Below are positions 49,529-58,833 of a DNA stretch of 64,000 bases, one piece after another. The position numbers and the translations under genes were made by a program. This DNA comes from Parcubacteria bacterium GBS-2. Its GTDB lineage: Bacteria > Patescibacteriota > Minisyncoccia > Minisyncoccales > GBS-2. The DNA lies in assembly GCA_001443025.1 (NCBI GenBank), contig LEKP01000004.1, forward strand, positions 27,560 to 91,559, given 5' to 3'. Position 1 is the stretch's first letter; the number at the start of each line of letters is the position of its first letter. The notes beneath the pieces were generated by a model. It ran no database searches, had not been told where the DNA came from, and saw only the letters and a program-made list of their open reading frames with translations.

Positions 49529-50833
49529 ATGGAACTTCCAAGGCCACAATTTCAAATGGAATATCCGAAATTGGAAGAGCCCAAAAGAAGAAAGGGTTTT
49601 AATTTTTTCTTTCTGCTTTTAATTTTGATCGCTTTTGTAGGAGGAGCGATTGGGGGATTTTTTATTTCCACTTATTATTACAAAGAAGTAGAAAAAATTT
49701 TTTCGAAATTGAAAATTGAAATACCAGAAAAGAAAATTGGAAAACCTGAGAAATCTGAAGAAAGTGCTCCATACTCACCCCAAACCTCCCAAGAAGAAGC
49801 AATAATCAAAGTAGTAAAAGAAGCATCGCCAGCAGTAGTTTCAGTAATTATCACTAAAGATATTCCAAAATTAAAGCTTTATTATGAAGAGCCCTTCAAA
49901 GAATTTGAAGAATTTTTCGGAATTCCTTTTGAATTTAAAATCCCTCAGTGGAAACAAGAAGGATATGAGAAACAAGAAATCGGAGGAGGCACTGCATTTT
50001 TCATTTCAGAAGATGGGATGCTTTTGACCAATGCCCATGTCGTTTCAGACAAAAATGCAGAATACACTGTTTTAACAAACGATGGAAGGAAATATCCAGC
50101 TAAGGTTTTAGCAAGAGATACTGCTCGCGATTTAGCAATTTTAAAAGTTGAAGGAGGACCATTTCCAACTTTAAAGCTTGGAGATTCAGATAAATTGCAA
50201 ATTGGTCAAACAGTAATTGCAATTGGAAATGCTCTTGGAGAATTTAGAAACACTGTCTCTGTCGGAGTAATTTCTGGTTTGGGGCGGACAATTACTGCTT
50301 CTGGAGGAGGGATTATCGAAACAATCGAAGATGTAATTCAAACTGATGCTGCAATAAACAGGGGAAATTCTGGAGGACCACTTTTAAATTTAAAAGGAGA
50401 AGTTATCGGAGTAAACTTTGCGATGGCAGTCGGGGCTGAAAACATTGGTTTTGCGATTCCAATAAATAAAGCAAAAAAGGCGATTGAACAAGTAAAAACT
50501 TTAGGAAAGATTGTCTATCCATTTTTAGGGGTAAGATACGTAATAATTAATGATCAAATTCAGAAAGAAAGAAACCTTCCAGTAAATTATGGCGCCTTGA
50601 TTGTAAAAGGAGAAAGAGGAGAATCAGCGATTTTTCCAGGATCTGCAGCAGAAAAAGTTGGATTGAAAGAGGGGGATATAATTTTAGAATTTAACGGAGA
50701 GAAAATTACCAGCGAAAATCCATTGGCAAAAATCATAATGAAGTACAATCCCGGAGATAAAGTTTCCCTTAAAATTTTAAGGGAAAATAAAGAATTTTCT
50801 GTTGAAGTTGTTTTGGGAGAAAGAAGCGAATAA
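49529..50833 (+). CDS. htrA: HtrA/DegP-family serine protease with a PDZ domain
   Basis: TM anchor, catalytic triad contexts LLTNAHVV, RDLAILKV and GNSGGPLLN, and a C-terminal PDZ (GLKEGDIILEFNGEKI). Confidence 0.92.
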   Translation: MELPRPQFQMEYPKLEEPKRRKGFNFFFLLLILIAFVGGAIGGFFISTYYYKEVEKIFSKLKIEIPEKKIGKPEKSEESAPYSPQTSQEEAIIKVVKEASPAVVSVIITKDIPKLKLYYEEPFKEFEEFFGIPFEFKIPQWKQEGYEKQEIGGGTAFFISEDGMLLTNAHVVSDKNAEYTVLTNDGRKYPAKVLARDTARDLAILKVEGGPFPTLKLGDSDKLQIGQTVIAIGNALGEFRNTVSVGVISGLGRTITASGGGIIETIEDVIQTDAAINRGNSGGPLLNLKGEVIGVNFAMAVGAENIGFAIPINKAKKAIEQVKTLGKIVYPFLGVRYVIINDQIQKERNLPVNYGALIVKGERGESAIFPGSAAEKVGLKEGDIILEFNGEKITSENPLAKIIMKYNPGDKVSLKILRENKEFSVEVVLGERSE

Positions 50834-50870
50834 AATTGATTTCCCTCTATTTTTTGTTAAAATTTAGAGT

Positions 50871-53558
50871 ATGAACGGCTCTCAATTCACTCACAAAGCT
50901 CAAGATGCGATTTTATCTGCTCAAGATTTAGCAAGAGAGTTGGGGCAGCAACAGATAGATGCCCTCCATTTGCTTTACGCCCTTTTGAATCAAGAGGGAA
51001 GCATTGTTTTGAATGTCTTGGAAAGACTAGGCGTTGACATTGAAGCGCTAAAAAGAAGGACAAGATATTATTTGGGAAAGATTCCAACTATTATTACTCC
51101 TCAGTCTTTCGGTCAATTTTATTTGACTCAAGACATGGCAAAAGTTTTGGATGTCGCAAGACAAGAAATGAGGAGGATGGGAGATGAATACATTTCGGTT
51201 GAGCATTTATTTTTAGCACTGCTTTCAACTGACACAAAAGCAAAAGAAGTTTTAGAAGAGGCAAGATTTTTGCAACCTGGAGGAGTTTCTTCGATTGAGT
51301 TTGGGAAATTAGATTATCAAACTTTCTTGAAAGAGGTAATGAAAATTAGAGGAGGACAAAAAGTCACTGATGTTGAGCCTGAAACAAAGTATCAAGTTAT
51401 TGAAAAATACGCAGTCAATTTAACAACTTTGGCAAAGCAAGGAAAATTGGATCCAGTAATCGGTAGAGAAGAAGAAATAAAAAGAGTAATGGAGATTTTA
51501 ACAAGAAGGAAAAAGAACAATCCTGTTTTAATTGGTGAAGCTGGAGTTGGAAAAACCGCAATCGTTGAAGGGTTAGCTCAAAGAATTGTAAAAGGCGAAG
51601 TGCCAGAGAGTTTGAAAGGGAAGGAGTTGATTTCTTTGGATTTGGGAGCTTTGATTGCTGGAACAAAATACCGAGGAGAATTTGAAGAAAGAATAAAAGC
51701 ATTACTCAGAGAACTCAAAAGGGCAGAAGGAAAATATTTGTTATTTATTGACGAACTTCACACTCTAGTTGGAGCTGGAGCCGCAGAGGGAGCAGTTGAT
51801 GCATCGAATTTATTAAAGCCAGCCTTGGCAAGGGGGGAATTAAGATGTATTGGAGCTACCACTTTAAAGGATTATCAAAAATACATTGAGAGAGATCCTG
51901 CTCTAGAAAGGAGATTCCAGCCAGTTTATGTTACAGAACCATCGATTGAAGAAACAATCGCAATTCTGAGGGGAGTTAAAGAAAAATATGAACTCCATCA
52001 TGGAGTAAAAATTACAGATGAGGCAATCAGAGCTTGCGCTCAGCTTGCAGCAAGATACATTACTGACAGATTTTTACCAGACAAAGCAGTGGATTTGATG
52101 GACGAAGCAATGTCTTCTTTGAGGTTAGAAATTGAATCAGAACCAGAGGAACTAGCAAAGATTAAAGAAGAAATTAAAAAACTTGAAATTGAATTGGAAG
52201 CAATAAAGAAAGAAAAAAAGAAAAGTCAAAGAGAAAAGGCAATTTTGAGGCAAATTGCAGACTTAAAAGAAAAACAAACAGAAATCGAATCTAAATTTAA
52301 GACAGAAAAAGAGCTGATAGAAAAAATCAAAAATTTGAAAAAGGAAATCGAAATTTTAAGGAATGAAGCTGAGAGAGAAAGTGCTTGGGGTAACTTACAA
52401 AAAGTTGCTGAGATAAAATATGGAAAAATACCCCAGTTGCAAAAAGAACTTTGGAACGCAGAAAAAAAATTAAAAAATATTCAGAAAAAGAAAGCACTTT
52501 TAAAAGGAGAAGTCGGACCTGAAGAAGTTGCAAAGGTTGTTTCAAGATGGACAGGAATTCCAGTAACAAAACTTTTAGAAGAAGAAGCAAAGAAATTAGA
52601 AAGAATGGAAGAAGAATTACACAAAAGAGTTGTAGATCAAGATGAAGCAATAAAAGCAATCGCGAACGCAATCAGAAGAGCAAGAGCAGGAATTTCAGAA
52701 GAAAAAAGACCTTTGGGAAGCTTTCTCTTTTTAGGCCCAACTGGAGTTGGAAAAACTGAAACTGCAAAAGCTCTTGCAGAATTTCTCTTTAACGATGAGA
52801 ACGCAATGATTAGACTGGATATGTCAGAATACATGGAAGAACATTCTGTCGCAAAAATGATCGGTTCTCCCCCAGGCTATGTTGGTTATGAAGAAGGAGG
52901 ACAATTGACTGAGAAGATTAGGAGAAGACCTTATTCTGTTGTGTTGCTAGATGAAATCGAAAAAGCTCATCCTAGAGTTTTCAACATTTTGTTGCAAATT
53001 TTAGAAGATGGAAGATTGACTGACGCCAAAGGAAGGGTTGCTTCTTTCAAAAACGCAATTTTGATTATGACTTCAAACATTGGAAGTGATATTATTGCTA
53101 GAGAAGCTCCTTTGGGGTTTATTGCAGGCGAAGAAAAAAAAGAAAAGATGAAGTCTGTAAAAGAAAAAGTTTTTGCAGTCCTAAAGGAATACTTCAGACC
53201 AGAATTTTTAAACAGAATAGATGAGATAATCATATTCAATTACCTCGGAAAGGAAGAAATCAGAAAGATCGTCGATTTGGAATTAAAGAAAGTTGAAAAC
53301 CGACTTTTAGAGAAAAATATTAAGATTGAAGTTACTCCAAAGGCAAGAGAATATTTGGCAGAAAAAGGATTTGATCCGAATTTGGGGGCAAGACCATTAA
53401 AAAGGGTAATTCAAAAAGAAGTTTTAGATCCTTTAGCGTTGAAAATTGTTTCTGAAGAGGTGAAAGAAGGAGATAAAGTTAGAGTTGATTTTGAAAATGG
53501 AAAGATCATCTTGATTGGCCCAAAGGATATTTTGAAATCAAGAAAAAAGAAAGAATAG
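50871..53558 (+). CDS. clpB: ATP-dependent chaperone ClpB
   Basis: Clp N-domain repeats, two AAA+ modules ([21 protein letters not shown]), and a long coiled-coil middle domain. Confidence 0.96.
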   Translation: MNGSQFTHKAQDAILSAQDLARELGQQQIDALHLLYALLNQEGSIVLNVLERLGVDIEALKRRTRYYLGKIPTIITPQSFGQFYLTQDMAKVLDVARQEMRRMGDEYISVEHLFLALLSTDTKAKEVLEEARFLQPGGVSSIEFGKLDYQTFLKEVMKIRGGQKVTDVEPETKYQVIEKYAVNLTTLAKQGKLDPVIGREEEIKRVMEILTRRKKNNPVLIGEAGVGKTAIVEGLAQRIVKGEVPESLKGKELISLDLGALIAGTKYRGEFEERIKALLRELKRAEGKYLLFIDELHTLVGAGAAEGAVDASNLLKPALARGELRCIGATTLKDYQKYIERDPALERRFQPVYVTEPSIEETIAILRGVKEKYELHHGVKITDEAIRACAQLAARYITDRFLPDKAVDLMDEAMSSLRLEIESEPEELAKIKEEIKKLEIELEAIKKEKKKSQREKAILRQIADLKEKQTEIESKFKTEKELIEKIKNLKKEIEILRNEAERESAWGNLQKVAEIKYGKIPQLQKELWNAEKKLKNIQKKKALLKGEVGPEEVAKVVSRWTGIPVTKLLEEEAKKLERMEEELHKRVVDQDEAIKAIANAIRRARAGISEEKRPLGSFLFLGPTGVGKTETAKALAEFLFNDENAMIRLDMSEYMEEHSVAKMIGSPPGYVGYEEGGQLTEKIRRRPYSVVLLDEIEKAHPRVFNILLQILEDGRLTDAKGRVASFKNAILIMTSNIGSDIIAREAPLGFIAGEEKKEKMKSVKEKVFAVLKEYFRPEFLNRIDEIIIFNYLGKEEIRKIVDLELKKVENRLLEKNIKIEVTPKAREYLAEKGFDPNLGARPLKRVIQKEVLDPLALKIVSEEVKEGDKVRVDFENGKIILIGPKDILKSRKKKE

Positions 53559-53573
53559 GTTATAGTTTAAGGC

Positions 53574-54290
53574 ATGGCAAAAAATATTCTGAAAATTTTG
53601 GCACTTTTCATTGTTGGAATGATAGGCGGAATTTTTGCAGAAGAAATTTTTTGGCCTTACTTTGTCGAAAGACCACTTTTTTATAAATACAGACTGGAAA
53701 AAGCCCCAATTTATGTAACAGAAAAAAAAGAAATTAAAATTCAAGAAAACACCGCCTTGAAAGATGCAATTTCACAAGTGGAAAAAACTGTTGTTTTTAT
53801 AAGAAGTAAAACAAAAACGGGGAAAATCCTAGAAGGATCAGGTTTCATTCTAACATCTGATGGTTTGATAATTACCTTAGCAGAATTGATCCCAGAAGGA
53901 TCGAAAATTAGTTTGTTTGTTGAGAGAGAAATTTTCTCCCCTCAAGTTTTAAAAAGAGATTTAAACAAAAATTTAGCTTTACTCAAAATTGAAAAAAAGA
54001 ACCTTTCAACTGCAGGTTTTTTTAATTTCGAAAAGCTAAAACTCGGAGAAAGAGTTTTTTTGATCGGAATCTCTTTTGAAAACGGAAACATTAAAAATTT
54101 TGTCGATGAAGGAATTGTCAAAAGTTTTGACGAAAACAAAATTGAAACAAACATTCAAGGTTCAAAAGAATTTTTAGGAACACCACTTTTTGATATTGAA
54201 GGAAGAGCTTTGGGGATCAACTATCTGAGCAAAGAAGGAAAATTAATTTCAATTCCTATCACTCATATTCGTTCATTCGCAAGCATTTAG
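53574..54290 (+). CDS. Membrane-anchored trypsin-fold (HtrA-like) protein with all three catalytic residues substituted
   Basis: It aligns by eye to the htrA protease domain. GSGFILTSDGLIITLAELI matches GTAFFISEDGMLLTNAHVV (His to Glu). KNLALLKIE matches RDLAILKVE (Asp to Asn). GSKEFLGTPLFDIEGRALGI matches GNSGGPLLNLKGEVIGV (Ser lost). Confidence 0.65.
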   Translation: MAKNILKILALFIVGMIGGIFAEEIFWPYFVERPLFYKYRLEKAPIYVTEKKEIKIQENTALKDAISQVEKTVVFIRSKTKTGKILEGSGFILTSDGLIITLAELIPEGSKISLFVEREIFSPQVLKRDLNKNLALLKIEKKNLSTAGFFNFEKLKLGERVFLIGISFENGNIKNFVDEGIVKSFDENKIETNIQGSKEFLGTPLFDIEGRALGINYLSKEGKLISIPITHIRSFASI

Positions 54291-54367
54291 TTACGTGCTA
54301 TTGCTCGAACGCGAAATAATGAGTAAATATATTTGATATATCTTTCGGTGTTTAGTAAATTTTAAAA

Positions 54368-56065
54368 ATGCAAAAGGAAATAGTAATTGGATTTTTGGCT
54401 TCTTTGGCGACTGTTATTTCTTTGGGCTTGTTTTTTACTTTTTCAAATACAAATCTTTATTTGGGACAAATTTCCTCCTTCTTGAATGCCTTCAAAGATT
54501 TAAACTCTGAAGTCCAAAATTTAAAGAAAGAAATTTCAAATTTAAAGGAGGAATTAGAAAATGAAAGAAAAGAAAGGAGAGAAATTCAAGAAAAATTTCT
54601 ATCTTTTTTGGAAAATCCTATTCCAAAATTGGAAAGTTCAAAAGAAAAAATTGAAAAACCAGAAGAGATGATAATTTGCCAAAAGAAAGAAAACGATTTT
54701 GCCCGGCATCGAGTTATTTTTAATGAAATTTGTTGGATGGGAGACGAAGAGTCTCCAGCGAGTGAGTGGGTTGAAATAAAAAACATTTCCCAAGAAGAGA
54801 TTGACCTTTCTGGTTGGCAAATTTTAAACAAAAATCAAAAAATAAAAATTATTTTTGAAGAAGGAACAAAAGTTTTACCAAACCAAATTTTAATTTTAAA
54901 AAGAGGAGATGATTTTTCAGGGGCGATTAAAAATTCGGGAGAAGCCCTATTTTTATTTGATAAAAATTGCAACTTAGAGGATGAAGTTTTTGCAGAGGAA
55001 AATTGGCCAGCAGGAGATAACTTCTCAAAAAGAACGATGGAAAGAAAATCAGATCTCTCTTGGCAAACAAGTTTGAACCCTGGCGGAACTCCAGGAAAAG
55101 AAAATAGTTCAGGTTTTGTTGAAAGCGAAGAAGAGGAAAAAGAACCAAAAATTTCACTTTCTTTTCCAAAAGAAATTTTCTCAAATCAAGAATTCAAAGT
55201 TTCCCTTTTAGTTTCAGATTTAGAAAATGAAACTTACGATGTTAAAATTTCAATTTTAAAAATTTCAGATGAATCAGAACAAAAAAAGACGATTTCTGAA
55301 ATTTCACTAATAGAGGAAGAGTGGCAAAGTTCTTACAAATATTTGACAAAAGTTTTCAGCGGGACCTCATTTTCTGGAGATTTCAAACTAAGAATTTCTT
55401 CAAAATACCAAGACTTCGAAGGCCAAGCAGAAATTTTAGCCAAGGTGAGACAATCGGATAATAAAAGTGTTGTCGCTGAGTTTAGAGATAGGATAAAAAT
55501 AAAAGAACCAGAAATAACAGTTGCTACCTCATCTCAATCCATAGAGGAAACACAACCTTCTAGCCCACCAATTCCATCAAATCTTCTTTCTAACGAATTT
55601 TTTGAAAATTGGTCACGAGGAACTTTTGAGGTTCCCCCTGATAATTGGTTGTGGAATGGAGCTGCTTCAAGGATTGCACAGTCTTCCGACGCACTAATAG
55701 GAAATTATTCAGTAGAACTAACTTTAACGACTTTGGAAGGCAAAGAATTCTATCAAATTGGCAAAACAATGAACTCTCAAATGACTTATTATGCTGTCAT
55801 GTGGTTGAAAGGAAAGGGAGTTGTTAAATTGGGGATAAAATATCCTGGAAGTAATTATGTGTATTACGGTGATGAAATAGTTATCGACACTTCTGAATGG
55901 ACAAAGATAGAAATTTCTCGAAAGCCTGCTAATAGCGGTGAGGACGGAGGAATTAAATTGAGTGTCAGATATGATAATAATAAAAATATTCCTTCTGGCT
56001 CAAAGTTAATAATTGGTGCCGCTTGGTTAGGTGAGACTCTTCCCCCTTCAAATTGGCCAAAATGA
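54368..56065 (+). CDS. Membrane-anchored protein with coiled coil, lamin-tail domain (LTD) and a C-terminal beta-jelly-roll-like region
   Basis: TM helix. The LTD signature is VIFNEICWMGDEESPASEWVEIKNISQEEIDLSGWQIL. The C-terminal ~170 aa is beta-rich and visibly higher in GC. Confidence 0.7.
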   Translation: MQKEIVIGFLASLATVISLGLFFTFSNTNLYLGQISSFLNAFKDLNSEVQNLKKEISNLKEELENERKERREIQEKFLSFLENPIPKLESSKEKIEKPEEMIICQKKENDFARHRVIFNEICWMGDEESPASEWVEIKNISQEEIDLSGWQILNKNQKIKIIFEEGTKVLPNQILILKRGDDFSGAIKNSGEALFLFDKNCNLEDEVFAEENWPAGDNFSKRTMERKSDLSWQTSLNPGGTPGKENSSGFVESEEEEKEPKISLSFPKEIFSNQEFKVSLLVSDLENETYDVKISILKISDESEQKKTISEISLIEEEWQSSYKYLTKVFSGTSFSGDFKLRISSKYQDFEGQAEILAKVRQSDNKSVVAEFRDRIKIKEPEITVATSSQSIEETQPSSPPIPSNLLSNEFFENWSRGTFEVPPDNWLWNGAASRIAQSSDALIGNYSVELTLTTLEGKEFYQIGKTMNSQMTYYAVMWLKGKGVVKLGIKYPGSNYVYYGDEIVIDTSEWTKIEISRKPANSGEDGGIKLSVRYDNNKNIPSGSKLIIGAAWLGETLPPSNWPK

Positions 56066-56071
56066 CATTTT

Positions 56072-56089
56072 CACATTTGCGCAAATGTG
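56072..56089. promoter_or_regulatory. Perfect 18-bp palindrome at the -35 position of an extended -10 promoter
   Basis: CACATTTGC|GCAAATGTG, with TGGTATAAT at 56104-56112 downstream. Confidence 0.5.
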
Positions 56090-56212
56090 CAAATATCAAA
56101 AAAATGGTATAATTAAATAATAATAAGGAGGTAGCTCTTTTTCGGTCTCTACAAGTTTGAAATTTTAGTTAGTTCTTTGAAAATTGAATATTAAAAACTC
56201 TCTCTCAAAACT

Positions 56213-56737
56213 ATGAACCCAATAACTGTTACTCTGACAAAAATTAGAACAAAAAGAAGAATTCTTAACCTGGGGGTTCTTTTAGTATTCATTTTGATGC
56301 TGATTGGTGGGTATTTTTTGGTTTTTAAAGGGGGCCCTAGTTGGAGAGTGGCTCAAGTTTTTCCTGAAAAGAAAGTGGAAGAAGAACTGCCAGAAGTTGT
56401 GATAACTCCTCCTGAAAAAATTGAAGTCCCAGTTCAATCTAAAATTTATGAGGAAGTTGCACAACCAGGTGAAGGTATTACTCATTTGGCAAGAAAAGTG
56501 CTCAAAGAATACTTACAGGAAAAAGGAGGGGGATTGAATTTAACACCAGAACATAAAATCTATATCGAAGATTATTTACAGAAAAAGACTGGAGATTATT
56601 GGCTTCAAGTAGGACAAAAATTGACCTTCTCTGAAGAATTGATCAAGGAAGCCATCGAAAAAGCTCAAACCCTGAGTGAAGAACAACTTCAAAATTTGTC
56701 CCAATATGCAAAACTTGTCCCAGAACTGAATTATTGA
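56213..56737 (+). CDS. Hypothetical membrane-anchored protein
   Basis: 174-aa ORF with one TM helix (LGVLLVFILMLIGGYFLVF). No motif recognised. Confidence 0.5.
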   Translation: MNPITVTLTKIRTKRRILNLGVLLVFILMLIGGYFLVFKGGPSWRVAQVFPEKKVEEELPEVVITPPEKIEVPVQSKIYEEVAQPGEGITHLARKVLKEYLQEKGGGLNLTPEHKIYIEDYLQKKTGDYWLQVGQKLTFSEELIKEAIEKAQTLSEEQLQNLSQYAKLVPELNY

Positions 56738-56749
56738 TAGAATGTCCTA

Positions 56750-57253
56750 ATGTCCTACCTCAAGGAGAAATTAATCGAACTCACTAAAAAAATTTATCGT
56801 TTGACCCTACTTTTTCCCAAAAAAGAACCCCTTAGGTACAAAATCAGGGAAATCGCAGATGAAATTTTGGCGAATCTCTTAAAAGAAATTAAAAACCCAA
56901 CCATGAAAGATTGGGAGATTTTGGATTCTTTTTTTGAAATTGCAAAAGAGCAAAATTGGGTTTCTCCAAAAGAGATTTCTCAAATTCAAGAGGATTACAA
57001 AAAATTAATTCTCGAAATTCAACCCTCCAGTGAAGTAATTAAAATTCGACCCCGCGTGAGCGAGAGACAAGAGAAAATTTTAGAAATTTTAAAAGAAAAA
57101 GGAAAAATTCAGGTAGGACAAATTAAAGAATTTTTTCCTAATGTGAGTAAGAGAACTTTGCGAAGGGATTTTCAAAGTTTATTGAAAAAAGGTATAATCG
57201 AAAGAGTCGGCGAAAAGAACAAAACTTTTTATAAATTAAAAGAAAATGGATAA
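56750..57253 (+). CDS. Fusion of a four-helix-bundle (S23-IVS/Avd-like) domain and a DeoR-type winged-helix HTH
   Basis: The N-terminal LTKKIYRLTLLFPKKEPLRYKIREIADEILANL matches the four-helix-bundle family pattern (fPk.E...l..Q.rRaa.Si..Ni). The C-terminal SERQEKILEILKEKGKIQVGQIKEFFPNVSKRTLRRDFQSLLKKGIIERVG is DeoR-like. Confidence 0.6.
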   Translation: MSYLKEKLIELTKKIYRLTLLFPKKEPLRYKIREIADEILANLLKEIKNPTMKDWEILDSFFEIAKEQNWVSPKEISQIQEDYKKLILEIQPSSEVIKIRPRVSERQEKILEILKEKGKIQVGQIKEFFPNVSKRTLRRDFQSLLKKGIIERVGEKNKTFYKLKENG

Positions 57254-57749
57254 ATTAAAAAAAGAATTTAGCAAAATTTACGACCAATACGTTGAGAAAA
57301 TTTTTCGTTTTGTTTTTTTAAAAGTAAATTCAAAAGAAATCGCGGAAGATTTAACCTCTGAAACCTTTTTGAGAACTTGGGAAGTTTTCCGTCAAGGAAA
57401 TCCAAAAATTGGAAATGTTTCAGCTTTTTTATATCAAACTGCAAGAAATTTAATTACCGATTATTATAGGGAAAAGGGAAAAGTTCAAACAATCTCTCCA
57501 GAAGCTCGTCCTATCGCTGATCCAAGAGAAAATTTGGAAAAGCAGGCGATTTTAAATTCTGAAATGGAAAGAATACAAAAAGCCCTCTCCCAACTAAACG
57601 AAGATTATCAAAACGCAATAATCTGGTACTATTTGGAAGAAATGTCAATCCAAGAAGTGGCGAGTCTTTTAGAAAGAACAGTTCCTGCCACTAGGGTTCT
57701 TGTTTCAAGAGCGATTAAGGCTTTAAGGGAAAAATTGGAAAAAGCATAA
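57246..57749 (+). CDS. ECF-type RNA polymerase sigma-70 family factor
   Basis: Region 2 (IFRFVFLKV...AEDLTSETFLRTWE) and region 4 HTH (YLEEMSIQEVASLLERTVPATRVLVSRAIKALRE). 8-nt overlap with the upstream gene. Confidence 0.88.
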   Translation: MDKLKKEFSKIYDQYVEKIFRFVFLKVNSKEIAEDLTSETFLRTWEVFRQGNPKIGNVSAFLYQTARNLITDYYREKGKVQTISPEARPIADPRENLEKQAILNSEMERIQKALSQLNEDYQNAIIWYYLEEMSIQEVASLLERTVPATRVLVSRAIKALREKLEKA

Positions 57750-57765
57750 CATCTTTTTGACTATA

Positions 57766-57786
57766 AAGTTGTGAATTTCACAACTT
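57766..57786 (+). terminator. Hairpin after the sigma factor gene (terminator or operator)
   Basis: AAGTTGTGA-att-TCACAACTT, a perfect 9-bp stem with only a weak T tract after it. Confidence 0.45.
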
Positions 57787-57858
57787 TCTATACAATAAAT
57801 ATAATAAAAGAACGACAAAGGTGAGAAATTTTCAAATTTTATATTTTGCCAAAAAACT

Positions 57859-58827
57859 ATGCCAAGAAGCGAGAAAAAGATTGTTTGTTTTGGAGGAGGA
57901 AATGCGGTTCCAAAATTAATTGAAGAACTTAAAAAATATCCAATTCAAATTACCGGAGTTACTTCAATGGTTGATAATGGAGGATCAACCGGACAGTTAA
58001 GAGAAGACTTTAACGTATTACCCCCGGGAGATATTCGTCGCCATATCTTAGCTTTATCAGATGCTCCAAAGTGGAAAAAGGAATTGTTTAAATTCCGATT
58101 TGGGAGAGAAGAGTTTGCAGGCGGACATAAAGGCCACAATTTTGCCAATGTTTTCATCGCGGGGTTGGAATATATTTTAAAGGATTATCGAAAAGTCTTA
58201 AAAATTGTTCATGAATTCATGGAAGTAAAAAAACATAAGGCACTACCAGCAACGATCGATAAAGTTCAATTGGTTGCCGAATTAGAAAATGGAGAAATTG
58301 TTGAAGGCGAAGATGAGATCGATGTACCAAAAAAACACGATCCAAAATTGAGAATTAAAAAACTCTATTTAAAACCCCAGGCTAGAATTTTTCCACCAAC
58401 AAAGAAAGCAATTTTAGAAGCTGATTTACTTACCTTCGGACCAGGCGATCTTTATTCGAGTGTTATCCCTTGTTTTTTACCAGAAGGAATGAGCCAAGCA
58501 ATAAAAAGATCTAAGGCAAAAAAAGTTTACATTTGCAATGCGATGACAAAATTGGGAGAAACGAACAACTTTTCAGTTTTGGATTTTGCAAACGAAATTG
58601 AAAAATACCTGAATTGTCAGCTTGATTTTGTAATTTACAACATTGAAATTCCAGATCAGCAGAGAATACAAGAATACAAAAAAACAGAACCTTTACTCTT
58701 AGATTTAGTAAAAATCAATCCTGGTTTAGACAAAAAGAAATTTATTGGAAAAAATCTTCTGGTAAAATCAGGCCCAATAGTTCATGATTTCAAAAAAGTA
58801 GCCAAGATTTTAATGAGACTAATTTAA
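57859..58827 (+). CDS. YvcK/CofD-family (UPF0052, gluconeogenesis factor-like) protein
   Basis: IVCFGGGNAVPKL, MVDNGGSTGQLR, and LPPGDIRRHI. Confidence 0.82.
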   Translation: MPRSEKKIVCFGGGNAVPKLIEELKKYPIQITGVTSMVDNGGSTGQLREDFNVLPPGDIRRHILALSDAPKWKKELFKFRFGREEFAGGHKGHNFANVFIAGLEYILKDYRKVLKIVHEFMEVKKHKALPATIDKVQLVAELENGEIVEGEDEIDVPKKHDPKLRIKKLYLKPQARIFPPTKKAILEADLLTFGPGDLYSSVIPCFLPEGMSQAIKRSKAKKVYICNAMTKLGETNNFSVLDFANEIEKYLNCQLDFVIYNIEIPDQQRIQEYKKTEPLLLDLVKINPGLDKKKFIGKNLLVKSGPIVHDFKKVAKILMRLI

Positions 58828-58833
58828 TTTTCT

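Noticed and set aside
54368-57253. Diversity-generating retroelement, suggested by the Avd-like four-helix-bundle domain plus a surface protein with a lectin-like C-terminus.
   Set aside because: The window has no reverse transcriptase ORF. I could not find a template/variable repeat pair by eye.
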